Shown: piece by piece, positions 19,407 through 28,784 of the stretch
How the letters are laid out: each line of letters starts with the position of its first letter
Position numbering within the stretch: the stretch's first letter is position 1
Source: Candidatus Hydrogenedentota bacterium
GTDB taxonomy: Bacteria; Hydrogenedentota; Hydrogenedentia; Hydrogenedentales; JAEUWI01
DNA length: 64,000 nt
Assembly: GCA_034669905.1 (NCBI GenBank)
Contig: JAXMOL010000036.1
Span: 19,457-83,456 of the forward strand
Reading direction: 5' to 3'
Made by a program: the position numbers and the translations under genes
The notes under the pieces: model-generated
Database searches by the model: none
Told to the model about the DNA's origin: nothing
The model's input: the letters and a program-made list of their open reading frames with translations, nothing else

Positions 19407-19764
19407 CGGCAGGTCCCCTTTCGATCAGGCCGTTTACGCCTGCTTCAATATCTTTCCAACAGCGGTTCATCATTTCCCGTGCCCGCTCCCCTGCGGGACT
19501 CAGCCGGTAATACTTCCGCACCGGACCGCTCGGTGACTCTTCGATGCGGGTTTCCAGGAGGCCACTTTTTCGGAGACGGGATAAGAGTGGGTAGATGGTC
19601 CCTTCGGTGACGACCACCCCCCGGATGGCAGTGACCCGTTTGACCAGGTCATAGCCATAGAGTTCCCCCTCGGCGAGCAGATTGACGATACACAGCTCCA
19701 GCAGGCCCTTGCGCAACTGGGTCGTCCAGTTGCTCAGATTCAGCTCGTTGTCGGAGGTCGCCAT
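19387..19764 (-). CDS. PadR family transcriptional regulator
   Basis: QLRKGLLELC, YGYDL, EGTIYPLLSRL, GPVRKYYRLS. Confidence 0.95.
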   Translation of the reverse strand: MATSDNELNLSNWTTQLRKGLLELCIVNLLAEGELYGYDLVKRVTAIRGVVVTEGTIYPLLSRLRKSGLLETRIEESPSGPVRKYYRLSPAGERAREMMNRCWKDIEAGVNGLIERGPAGETLDT

Positions 19765-19822
19765 GAATTTCGTCCGTGTTAGGGGGCATCGCTATGCGGT
19801 TACACCAAGTACCTTGCATTAC

Positions 19823-19849
19823 ACTATAGCAAAACTTCGTGGGTGTCAA
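19823..19849 (-). promoter_or_regulatory. Putative sigma70 promoter of the padR operon
   Basis: Minus strand TTGACA followed by TGcTATAGT (extended -10; 15-nt spacer). Confidence 0.5.
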
Positions 19850-19973
19850 GAAGTGATCTTACGCTTCTATCAGGCTTCCGTCATTTATGCTTTGTGTTTT
19901 AAAGTTCTTTTGTAATATTACAACAAGATTGTGACCCTGTCAAGGGCGTGGGAGGAATGGGCCGATCCGGCGG

Positions 19974-20182
19974 GTGCCACCCGATCCCGTCCTACGGGTT
20001 CGGGTGCCTTGACCCTCGATTACTGAATTCGCAATAGATGGCTGCACCGTAGCCGCGCAGGGGTAAGAAAGTGTACGAGCCTACCGCAATAGGCACGATG
20101 CGGAAGAAACATTCCCTCCGGCTCAAGGCACCCAAATCCACCACGGCGCAGCTTGGACGTGTGTTACACGATCGGGTGGCAC
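19974..20182. repeat. Nested inverted-repeat element (REPIN/MITE-like or structured RNA)
   Basis: GTGCCACCCGATC 19974-19986 pairs with 20170-20182; GGGTGCCTTGA 20002-20012 pairs with 20123-20133. Confidence 0.65.
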
Positions 20183-20238
20183 GGGGGGCAAAGGGTAGCA
20201 ATCCCCTCTCGCTTCATCACCACAAGGTGGCTCCCCCC

Positions 20239-23200
20239 CTAGTCCCTCATCACCACCACGCCGGCGACGCCCTGGGGTGGCAGGGAGCCCAACAAGACGG
20301 TTGCATCGTCGAGGGAATCCAAGGTCAGGGGCACTCCGTCCACGAGGGATGTGACGGACTTTCCGTCGGCATCGGGCAGGGCGAGCAAGGGCCCGGCAAC
20401 GCTGCGGTCATTGGCGTTGTAGAGGGTGTAAAGGACGTTCCCGTCGTGGGGGAAGGCGTTGGCATAGACCCCCTCGGCCAGGGTGTCGATATGAGGCGTG
20501 GCATCGGCACTCCGGAAATACCGTCCAAATTTCTGGTAGATAGGGTAAAAGTCCCCCGCCTTTTCGCGGAAGCTTTCGCTGTACCACGAAGCTCCCCGCC
20601 CTTTGAGCCAGAGGCCCATGCCGTGGAAGAAGGCCAGCTTGAGGTCATCCTCTTCGGCGGGGATGGGCCGAATTCCGTGGGCCACCATTTCGAAGACGGG
20701 AATACTCGGCTGGAGATAGCGGTGCAGCGGGAGTTTGGTCGGTCCCATGGGATGCATGGTGTGTTTCATCCCCAGGCTAAAGGCACCATCGATGTAGGGC
20801 GTCATGGCGTCGCAGGGGATGTGCTCGATATAGATGGCGCACTCGGGCCGCACCTTGTCGAGTTCCGTGCGAATGCGCTTCAGCAGCGCGATTTCGGTTT
20901 GAATGGGGTTGGAGGGCACGGGATGGTCGTGGTTCGCCGACCAGCATTCCTTGCTCACGTCACAGATACCCAGTTGGTCCACGTAGACCGCATCCGCCTT
21001 GGAAACCCGGGCCACTTCGGCGATATCGGCGGCGAGGGCGTCCTGCCAGCCTTCGGCACCGGGACAGCAGAAGAACTCCATGTCACCCGGCCACCACGCC
21101 GGCTTGTTTCCGCCGCGAATGAGCTGCCATTCGGCAAGCCCCTGGGCGGCGTTTCGTGCCCGTTTGTCGAGGAGGTAGCCTTCAAAGTACAGGCCCACCT
21201 GCACCCCCTTGGCGTGGGAAGCACGGATGCCTTTGCCCAGCGCGTCGAGCCCGCCGAGATCGTTGGTCGTGTAGGTGCCTACCCGGCCCACGGCTTCATT
21301 GTAGGCCCAGCCCGAAATATCGACCATGTCCACCCCACCAAAGGCCCAGCGCGACTCGGCAATGAGCTTTTCAAAGGAGTAGGCCGGTTTCGCCACATCA
21401 AACAAATAGCTCGTGCCGCCCAGGGGATAGTCCCGACGACAGTAGAAGAGGTCGTCCATGGTATTGGGACGGCTCCGCGGAAAAGAACGGCGCACCCAGT
21501 CGCGATAGACTTCGAAGGGGCCATGCCAGTCGCCCTCATGGGGCAGCAGCACCGTCGTGGGCAGGGTATGGTGGGCACCGGGTACCAGTTCCAGCCGCCG
21601 GTAGGTGACCGCCATTTCGCTTTCACCCGACGCATCGTGGTTAAAAGAAAACCACTTTCGCTCGAGGCTGTCATCTTCCACGATACAGGCGAGGCCACCA
21701 CCTGCGGTGCCATCATAGACATCCATCAGCTGATTGGGATAGCGCCCGCCGTAGACTTCCGACAGGGTCACGGGCCGGGTATCCATCATGGTGCTTCGGC
21801 CACCGAGCACATAGGCCGGAGCGCCTTCGTTGCCCACACGGAGGGAACGCAATTGGGGGAAGACGACATCGGGCTTCCAGGTCGTTTCTCCACGATTCGT
21901 CAGGGTGGCGGCACATTCCAGTCCCCCGTCTTTTCGAAGGCGGAGGGACACTTCACAGTGGAGGTCCCCTTCGCCCACTTGCCAGAGGACCACTAATTTG
22001 TCTTTCGTGGGCACCCGGAGGGCATCCAGGAAGGTGAGGGGCAGGACCGCATCTTCGTCCCCCATGATCTGAATAAGGGGCGTGCGGGCCTCGTGGATAA
22101 TCTCCTGTCGGGCCTCACCCAGTTGCAGCCGGTGTACTACGCCCTGCCGGTCCATCACCAGGCGCAGGGAAGGCCCCTCGATAATCAGGGCATCCTCGGG
22201 TATGGTGCCAGTCGGCGCTGCTTTGACGAAGGCAGGCATGGGCGTTTCCTCTTCGACGGTAGCGTTGTTGTGGTCCACCCGGGAGGCCGCCAGCAGGACC
22301 ACCTGGCCAAAGGACATCCCTTCGGTCAGCCGAATGGACGCTAACTCGGCTCCCGGCCTTACCGGAACGGTATAGGCCCCTAAACCAGGTTGCAGTCCGG
22401 TTTTTCCGCTGTCCGCGTGACGGGGGAGCACTTCTTCCTTTTGACCATCCGCATATACCAGGGTGACTTTAAACTGGTGGGCCAGGGGCGCATGACGCCG
22501 GGCCACGAAAGAGCCCTTGGAATACCAGGCCTGGCCACTTCCCCAGAGTCGGGTGGCACACAGGAATGCCAGGGTGTTGCCCGTGCCTGCAGCCTCCAAG
22601 GTCCATTCCCCCGAAGCATCGAGGGGCGATGGGACGGCGTGATTGCCCAACAGGAAGGGGTGCCCCCCCACCATGACCGCCCCGTGAAGCGCCGGGTCCA
22701 GCCCGTAAAATCGACGGACCGCCTCCTGTCCCACTTCGCCTTCCTGGGGCAAGGCCAAGGGCGTATAGGCCAGGGCTTCCTCAACGGGCACAATTACCGG
22801 AAGCGTCACGACCTCCGACTGGGGCTGGGCCAGAAAGGCCAGCTGATTCAGACGCAGCACGACCGGTTCATCGCCGCTCTGCACGGTAATGGTGATTTCC
22901 CCGACCCGTTCCAGGTTGTCTACGCCAGCCAGGTCGATGGTATCGATGTGCAGCCCCGCGGTGAACGTGCCACAGTCGTAGCGACCACCACTGGCCAGGG
23001 GATTCTCGGTATTGGTCGCACCCGGCGTTATGGGGCCCGTGGAGCCATCGAAGAGGCCAAAAGGCGGTGGCGCGTCGGCAGGCACCCCACCTTCGACGAA
23101 ATAGGAGGCCGCCAGGGTGGCGAAGGGGTCCATCCAAAGGGGTTCGGTGGTCAGGGTCCATGCCATGGCGCGGTGGGGCTCAGTGATAACGAAGGCCAGC

Positions 23201-23379
23201 ACCCCATCGACCTCGACAATCATCGCGTCGGGATCCGGGCTCTCCACCCGCCAGCCTTCCATCGCCCAACGGGCCTTGTCGACCCGGGCGAAATCGGTGC
23301 TGTGGCTGAGGAGCCGGTCGTCTGCCCAGCCGGGCAAGGTCAGGAGACAAAGCAAGAGAAAGGATAGTAAAGCGCGCAT
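20239..23379 (-). CDS. Large secreted protein with C-terminal putative glycoside hydrolase TIM barrel (DUF6259-like)
   Basis: Signal peptide; H.GDWH....YRDW, GV.VGLYFEG, ADAVYVDQLG, IYIE. Confidence 0.65.
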   Translation of the reverse strand: MRALLSFLLLCLLTLPGWADDRLLSHSTDFARVDKARWAMEGWRVESPDPDAMIVEVDGVLAFVITEPHRAMAWTLTTEPLWMDPFATLAASYFVEGGVPADAPPPFGLFDGSTGPITPGATNTENPLASGGRYDCGTFTAGLHIDTIDLAGVDNLERVGEITITVQSGDEPVVLRLNQLAFLAQPQSEVVTLPVIVPVEEALAYTPLALPQEGEVGQEAVRRFYGLDPALHGAVMVGGHPFLLGNHAVPSPLDASGEWTLEAAGTGNTLAFLCATRLWGSGQAWYSKGSFVARRHAPLAHQFKVTLVYADGQKEEVLPRHADSGKTGLQPGLGAYTVPVRPGAELASIRLTEGMSFGQVVLLAASRVDHNNATVEEETPMPAFVKAAPTGTIPEDALIIEGPSLRLVMDRQGVVHRLQLGEARQEIIHEARTPLIQIMGDEDAVLPLTFLDALRVPTKDKLVVLWQVGEGDLHCEVSLRLRKDGGLECAATLTNRGETTWKPDVVFPQLRSLRVGNEGAPAYVLGGRSTMMDTRPVTLSEVYGGRYPNQLMDVYDGTAGGGLACIVEDDSLERKWFSFNHDASGESEMAVTYRRLELVPGAHHTLPTTVLLPHEGDWHGPFEVYRDWVRRSFPRSRPNTMDDLFYCRRDYPLGGTSYLFDVAKPAYSFEKLIAESRWAFGGVDMVDISGWAYNEAVGRVGTYTTNDLGGLDALGKGIRASHAKGVQVGLYFEGYLLDKRARNAAQGLAEWQLIRGGNKPAWWPGDMEFFCCPGAEGWQDALAADIAEVARVSKADAVYVDQLGICDVSKECWSANHDHPVPSNPIQTEIALLKRIRTELDKVRPECAIYIEHIPCDAMTPYIDGAFSLGMKHTMHPMGPTKLPLHRYLQPSIPVFEMVAHGIRPIPAEEDDLKLAFFHGMGLWLKGRGASWYSESFREKAGDFYPIYQKFGRYFRSADATPHIDTLAEGVYANAFPHDGNVLYTLYNANDRSVAGPLLALPDADGKSVTSLVDGVPLTLDSLDDATVLLGSLPPQGVAGVVVMRD

Positions 23380-23472
23380 GGATTATCCCGGTAAGGCCGC
23401 CATCAGTAGAACAATTGAGGGCCTCAGTCTACGGCATCCATCGCCTTGTTTTAAATGGGCAGCCTTGCCTGA

Positions 23473-23817
23473 TCAGGAATGCCTGCCCAGACGCTCCTGC
23501 TCGGCTTTCAAGGCCTCCTGGGCCGTGCGGTGATACACGATAGCACTGGGCACAAAGAGTGCCCCCGCCAGCCAGCCCACGAAGAACGCCGGTCCCCACC
23601 AATAAATCCCGACGAACCAGCAGAAGAAGTTGGCAAAAAGACCCAGCGGCGTCGCCACCCAGGAAAACACCGCCCGATACCACCACGGCCCCTTGGGGGG
23701 ACTGAGCAAGTGCATAGCCGCACGAAACTGGCGCTTCCACGTCCGCGCGAGGGGGCCGGGCCGATATTGCATGGCCGACGTATCGGCTATATAAATGGTA
23801 TTGGTTTTCATGTTCAC
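23473..23817 (-). CDS. Small membrane hypothetical protein
   Basis: Two hydrophobic helices; fills the intergenic gap. Confidence 0.55.
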   Translation of the reverse strand: MNMKTNTIYIADTSAMQYRPGPLARTWKRQFRAAMHLLSPPKGPWWYRAVFSWVATPLGLFANFFCWFVGIYWWGPAFFVGWLAGALFVPSAIVYHRTAQEALKAEQERLGRHS

Positions 23818-23989
23818 AACTCCGACAAATTACCAACCCATTGCCCACATTCATTATGAATGGGGCACAAGAGATCTGTCAACCGCTGACCCTATCCGGG
23901 GTGTAAATTCTTGCGCCGCAGGGTCGATGTAGCGTATATCATGCTCCACAGGTCCGTGATTCAACCATCACGACCGGAGCAATCACACG

Positions 23990-25729
23990 ATGATACGAAT
24001 CCGCGCGGTCCAGGGGGGCTCCTTCCTCCTTTCGCAAGACCGCATCGCCCAGGTGCAGGAGATTTTCCGGCACGCCTTCCCCGTTCCCGACATGGCGGGC
24101 TACGAAACCCGCATCCCCGAACTCCTCCGCGACCCCATAGAGCAGGGCTATCACTCCGCCCTCCTGATAGCGGAACGGGCCTTTGGTCGGGTCGAGGGCT
24201 TCGCCCTGGTCATCCAGTTTCCCCAGGCCGCCTGCGCCTTTCTGGACTTCATCGCCGTCCGCCCGGATGTACACGGCAGCGGTATTGGCGGCGCACTCTA
24301 TGAAGCGACCCGGGAACATTGTCAGCAGATGGGCGCCAAGGGCCTCTATCTCGAGATTGACCCCGACGACCCTGCGGACAGTGTGGACCCCGAAAACCTG
24401 GACCAGGCCCGAAAGCGGGTCCGCTTTTACGAGCAATATGGCGTGCGCGTCATCAGTGGCACCGACTACGCCGTGCCGGTGGGTGACCCGCCCACCACGG
24501 CCTATCTTCTTTTTGATGGGCTGGGAGAATCGCAGCCCCTCTCCCGGGCTACCGCGCGGAAAGCGGTGGAAATGATTCTGACCCGTCGCTTTGGGCACAT
24601 TGCCGACCCCAGCTACCGAAAGCGTATTGTAAACTCCTTCCGCGACGACCCGGTGCAATTTCGACCGCGCCTGCGGGCCCGTCAGGAAGCGCCCCGCCAG
24701 GCGGTGGCCACGAAACGATTGGGCCAGCGCTTTGTCATGGTGGTCAGTCCGAAACATGAAATCCACCATGTGCGGGAGCGGGGTTACTTTGAACGGCCCG
24801 CACGGGTGAAAGCCATTGACGAGGTCTTAGGGGAAAGTGGCCTCTTCGAACGCCTCCGTCCCCGCGAGCACGGCGACAAAGCCATCCTGGCGGTCCACGA
24901 CAACGATTTTGTCCAATTCCTGCGCACGGTGACTTCCAGGCTGAAGGATGGGCGCCCCTTCTATCCCGATACCTTTCCCATCCGTCGGCCCGACAAGAAA
25001 CCCAAGCGCATCCCGGATCAGGCGGGCTATTACTGCATCGACACCGGGACGCCCCTCCACCGCAATGCCTTCATCGCGGCGCGGGCCGCTTCGGATGCGG
25101 CGGTAACCGCCGCCGAAGAGATTCTGGCGGGGCGACGTCTGGCCTACGCGGCCTGTCGTCCCCCCGGTCACCACGCGGGGGCCAATTACTTCGGCGGTTT
25201 CTGCTACTTCAACAATGCGGCGATTGCTGCCCAGTTTCTCAGTCCCCATGGCCGTATTGCCATCCTGGATATCGATTTTCATCACGGCAATGGCACGCAA
25301 GACATCTTCTACGAGCGCAACGATGTATTGACCCTATCCGTTCATGGCGACCCGGACTATGAATATCCTTTCTTCAGTGGCTTTGCCAACGAAACGGGGG
25401 CAGGCGCGGGAACCGGCTTCAATGTAAACTTTCCCCTGCCCCCCCAGACCGACGACGCGCGCTATCTCCGTACGTTTCGCCGGGCCTTGGAAAGTGTACG
25501 CGCTTTCAAGCCGGACATTCTCGTGGTCAGCCTCGGATTCGACATCCTCCGCGGGGACCCCACAGGCTCCTTTGTCCTTACCCCGGGTATCTTCCGCACC
25601 CTGGGCGAGCAGCTCATGCAGACCCGCCTGCCGGTACTGGTAATCCAGGAGGGCGGCTACAACGTGCGCAACATCAAGCGTGGCAGCCTGGAGTTCTTCC
25701 ACGGCTGTGCCAAGGGCCTGAACGGATAA
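23990..25729 (+). CDS. GNAT acetyltransferase fused to a histone-deacetylase-family (acetylpolyamine amidohydrolase-like) domain
   Basis: GNAT motif A LDFIAVRPDVHGSGIGGALY; HDAC motifs RPPGHHA, GGFCYFNN, DIDFHHGNGTQ, SLGFD, QEGGY. Confidence 0.92.
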   Translation: MIRIRAVQGGSFLLSQDRIAQVQEIFRHAFPVPDMAGYETRIPELLRDPIEQGYHSALLIAERAFGRVEGFALVIQFPQAACAFLDFIAVRPDVHGSGIGGALYEATREHCQQMGAKGLYLEIDPDDPADSVDPENLDQARKRVRFYEQYGVRVISGTDYAVPVGDPPTTAYLLFDGLGESQPLSRATARKAVEMILTRRFGHIADPSYRKRIVNSFRDDPVQFRPRLRARQEAPRQAVATKRLGQRFVMVVSPKHEIHHVRERGYFERPARVKAIDEVLGESGLFERLRPREHGDKAILAVHDNDFVQFLRTVTSRLKDGRPFYPDTFPIRRPDKKPKRIPDQAGYYCIDTGTPLHRNAFIAARAASDAAVTAAEEILAGRRLAYAACRPPGHHAGANYFGGFCYFNNAAIAAQFLSPHGRIAILDIDFHHGNGTQDIFYERNDVLTLSVHGDPDYEYPFFSGFANETGAGAGTGFNVNFPLPPQTDDARYLRTFRRALESVRAFKPDILVVSLGFDILRGDPTGSFVLTPGIFRTLGEQLMQTRLPVLVIQEGGYNVRNIKRGSLEFFHGCAKGLNG

Positions 25730-25749
25730 GAGAATTCCAACAGCAACGA

Positions 25750-25777
25750 CCCTGTCACGACGGTTGTCGTGGCAGGG
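25750..25777. terminator. Hairpin between convergent genes
   Basis: CCCTGTCACGAC-GGTT-GTCGTGGCAGGG, 12-bp stem with one G-U pair. Confidence 0.55.
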
Positions 25778-25836
25778 CCGTATATTCATGCGCTCATGTC
25801 AACGAAAGTGGCTGGATAGCCGCCTTTCGGTCTGAC

Positions 25837-26520
25837 TCAGTCGAGTTCTTTCACCTTGATGTTCCGAAACCAGATCGGTGCACCGGCGTGCTTGCCCTGG
25901 AAGCCGATGCGTCCTTTGGTAGGCAGTTCCGCGGCGGGCTTGGAAAGCCACGGTGGAACGTCGGAGCCGTCGGGGTTCTTCTTGGCGGAGGTATACTTGC
26001 GCATATCCATGGACGCCACGTGCTCCCCATTCAGGACCACATCAATCTGGCTGTCCTTACAGGTGATGGTGTAGCGGTTCCATTCACCCGCGGCCTTCCC
26101 GGCCTGTTTCGTCGGGGCCAGGTGACCAAAGATACCGCCGCAGCGCCAGTTGGGGGCGCCATCTTTCCACTTGTCGGCCTGGTCATCCTGAATCTGCACT
26201 TCGAGGGAGTTGGGGATCCAATTCTCGATGTCGCTGCAGTAAATCGCCACACCACTGTTGGCCCCCGCCCCCATCTTAAACTCCAGGTCGAGGATGAAAT
26301 TGTCATAGTCTCTCGCGCTCCAGATGGCTTGGTCTTCGCTCGCCGTGAAAACACCCTCCTCGGCCGTCCATACCCCATCGGGTTTTACCGCATCGGACAG
26401 ATCGTCTTTAAAGAGGGGTGCCCAATCGCTTGTGTCCGGGTGGGCGTGTTTTTCGTGGTCATCTGCACTGGCCAGGCCACCGACGAGCAGCATGGTCATG
26501 AGGGCGGATAGAATCTTCAT
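25837..26520 (-). CDS. DUF1080 / 3-keto-disaccharide hydrolase family protein
   Basis: Signal peptide; NSGV, EVQIQD, GEWNRY.I, G.IGFQ..H, FRNIKVKEL. Confidence 0.9.
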   Translation of the reverse strand: MKILSALMTMLLVGGLASADDHEKHAHPDTSDWAPLFKDDLSDAVKPDGVWTAEEGVFTASEDQAIWSARDYDNFILDLEFKMGAGANSGVAIYCSDIENWIPNSLEVQIQDDQADKWKDGAPNWRCGGIFGHLAPTKQAGKAAGEWNRYTITCKDSQIDVVLNGEHVASMDMRKYTSAKKNPDGSDVPPWLSKPAAELPTKGRIGFQGKHAGAPIWFRNIKVKELD

Positions 26521-26617
26521 GGGAATTCTCCAATCACCGTTGGTCGTGAAGCGCCTTACGCGCAATCGCAAAATCGTAGCATAGCCCAATCATTTGGCGG
26601 GCGCAAGCACGCCAAAC

Positions 26618-26655
26618 AAAAAACGGCGTGGGTCGTACAAAGACAACCCACGCCG
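26618..26655 (-). terminator. Rho-independent terminator
   Basis: Stem CGGCGTGGGT/ACCCACGCCG followed by a T6 run on the minus strand, after the acetolactate synthase gene. Confidence 0.8.
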
Positions 26656-26677
26656 AAGCATTCCTTCGACCGGTGGC

Positions 26678-28318
26678 TTAGATAAGAGCCGCCTTGTCGC
26701 GTAGTTCGTTGTTGAGAATGCGATCATTCTCCGTGTAGTCCACGGGGGCGTCGATGAGATGGACACCGGGACTGTTGAGACACTTCTCCAACAAGGGGAC
26801 CAACTCGGCGGCGGCCGCGATACGGTGTCCATGGGCACCGTAGCTCTCGGCATATTTCACGAAGTCGGGATTCCCGTAGTCGAGACCATAGTTGGGGAAT
26901 TCCATGTTGGCCTGTTTCCATTTGATCATGCCGTAGGCATCATCGCGAAGAATCAGCACTACCAGGTCCATGTTCAGGCGCACGGCCGTCTCGAGTTCCT
27001 GGGAGTTCATCATGAAGCCACCATCGCCACACACCGCGAGCACCTTCTTTTCAGGGAAGACCAGTCTCGCCGCCATGGCCGACGGGAGGCCGGCACCCAT
27101 AGAGGCCAGGGCATTGTCTAACAAGACGGTATTGGGCTTGTGGGCCTTGTAGTTTCGTGCAAACCAAATCTTGTAGACCCCGTTGTCCAGGGCCACAATC
27201 CCGTCGGAAGGCATAACCTTACGTACATCGGCCACGAGGCGCTGTGGGTAAACCGGAAAGCGATCGTCGTCAGAACCTTCAAGGATACTCGCTTCCACAT
27301 GCTCGCGCACGGTGGCAAAGCGGCTGAAGTCCCAGGTCGATTGGACCTCGAGACCTTCCTTGATCTGCCAGATGCTGTTGGCAATATCGCCCACGACTTC
27401 CAACTGCGGAAAGTAGACCGGGTCCACCTTGGCAGAAATGAAGTTGATGTGGATTACTTTCCGGCCATCGTCCCCCATGAAGAACGGGGGTTTTTCCACC
27501 ACATCGTGGCCCACGTTGATAATGAGGTCGGCGGCATCAATTGCACGGTGCACAAAGTCGTTGGCCGAAAGGGCGGCGTTCCCCATGAAGAGGGGGTCGG
27601 TCTCATCAACCACGCCCTTGCCCATCTGGGTGGTAAAGAAGGGGATGCCCGTCTTGTCGATAAACTCACGCAACATTTTGGACGTCAGCTTGCGGTTGGC
27701 CGCCGCACCGATGAGCAGCAAGGGACTCTTCGCTTCTTCAATCATCTCGATGGCAAAACGAATGGCCTTGTCTTCTGCAGTTGGTCGGCGCACCCGGCTG
27801 ATGGCCAGCAATGGCAGATCCGTATCTTCTGCGGCGACGTCTTCCGGCAATTCCAGGTGGGTGGCACCCGGACGTTCCTCTTCCGCCGTTCGAAAGGCTT
27901 CACGTACACGGGCAGGAATGTTGTTGCCGCTTACGAGTTGCTTGGTGAACTTCGTGATGGGACGCATCATATCGACGGCGTCAATAATCTGGAAGTGTCC
28001 CTGCTTACTTTTCTTAACGGGCTTCTGCCCCGTAATCATAACGATTGGCATGGCACCCAGTTGGGCATACGCTGCCGAAGTCACGAGATTGGTCGCGCCC
28101 GGTCCGAGGGTACTCATGCAGACCCCGGCCTTTCCGGTAAGACGGCCATACGTAGCCGCCATAAAACCTGCTGCCTGCTCGTGACGGGTCAGGATAAGCT
28201 CGATACTCGAGTTCCGCAGCGAATCCAGCAGGTCAAGGTTTTCCTCACCCGGAATACCAAAGACGTACTCAACGCCTTCCGCTTCCAGCGCTCTAACAAA
28301 CAGATCCGATGCTTTCAT
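26678..28318 (-). CDS. Acetolactate synthase large subunit-like ThDP enzyme
   Basis: FGIPGEEN, TRHEQAAGFMA, GPGATN, GDGGFMMNSQELET. Confidence 0.93.
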   Translation of the reverse strand: MKASDLFVRALEAEGVEYVFGIPGEENLDLLDSLRNSSIELILTRHEQAAGFMAATYGRLTGKAGVCMSTLGPGATNLVTSAAYAQLGAMPIVMITGQKPVKKSKQGHFQIIDAVDMMRPITKFTKQLVSGNNIPARVREAFRTAEEERPGATHLELPEDVAAEDTDLPLLAISRVRRPTAEDKAIRFAIEMIEEAKSPLLLIGAAANRKLTSKMLREFIDKTGIPFFTTQMGKGVVDETDPLFMGNAALSANDFVHRAIDAADLIINVGHDVVEKPPFFMGDDGRKVIHINFISAKVDPVYFPQLEVVGDIANSIWQIKEGLEVQSTWDFSRFATVREHVEASILEGSDDDRFPVYPQRLVADVRKVMPSDGIVALDNGVYKIWFARNYKAHKPNTVLLDNALASMGAGLPSAMAARLVFPEKKVLAVCGDGGFMMNSQELETAVRLNMDLVVLILRDDAYGMIKWKQANMEFPNYGLDYGNPDFVKYAESYGAHGHRIAAAAELVPLLEKCLNSPGVHLIDAPVDYTENDRILNNELRDKAALI

Positions 28319-28539
28319 GATGGCTTCTCCTCCAGGCCATTGAGGTGGCGTCTAATATCACCATGTGACCACGCCATGCTTCTACACGTAACGGGAATGC
28401 AAACCACGGGCCGCGCCCGTATCACTCCCTTATCGCTCGACTCAGTGCGATGCCCGCCCACCATAGCAAAATGGACAGGCACGGGCAACCTATTGCGGGT
28501 GTTATTTGGATTTGTCTGCCAGCACCCGTTCAGATATAG

Positions 28540-28576
28540 AAAACGCGCCAGCGACTTGTTACAGTCACTGGCGCGT
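28540..28576 (-). terminator. Rho-independent terminator downstream of the tRNA
   Basis: ACGCGCCAG...CTGGCGCGT stem with T-tract on the minus strand. Confidence 0.7.
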
Positions 28577-28585
28577 GATTTCTAA

Positions 28586-28662
<77 letters not shown>

Positions 28663-28784
28663 GCATTTAAGAGGGCTGTGCGCTCCCCCCGTCAAGGGAG
28701 CCATAATATAGCATTTTATTTTGGCCCCGTTCAAGCACTTTCTGAATTTTTTTTTATAAATCGGTAATTTTTTTTCGTACGGCC

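Noticed and set aside
20071..21996. Long antisense ORFs (also 5109-6428, 8273-9853, 11167-12753, 27140-28585, 29025-30266, 35268-36491 and others)
   Set aside because: They are shadows of well-supported opposite-strand genes, expected from GC-rich codon bias, and show no family motifs
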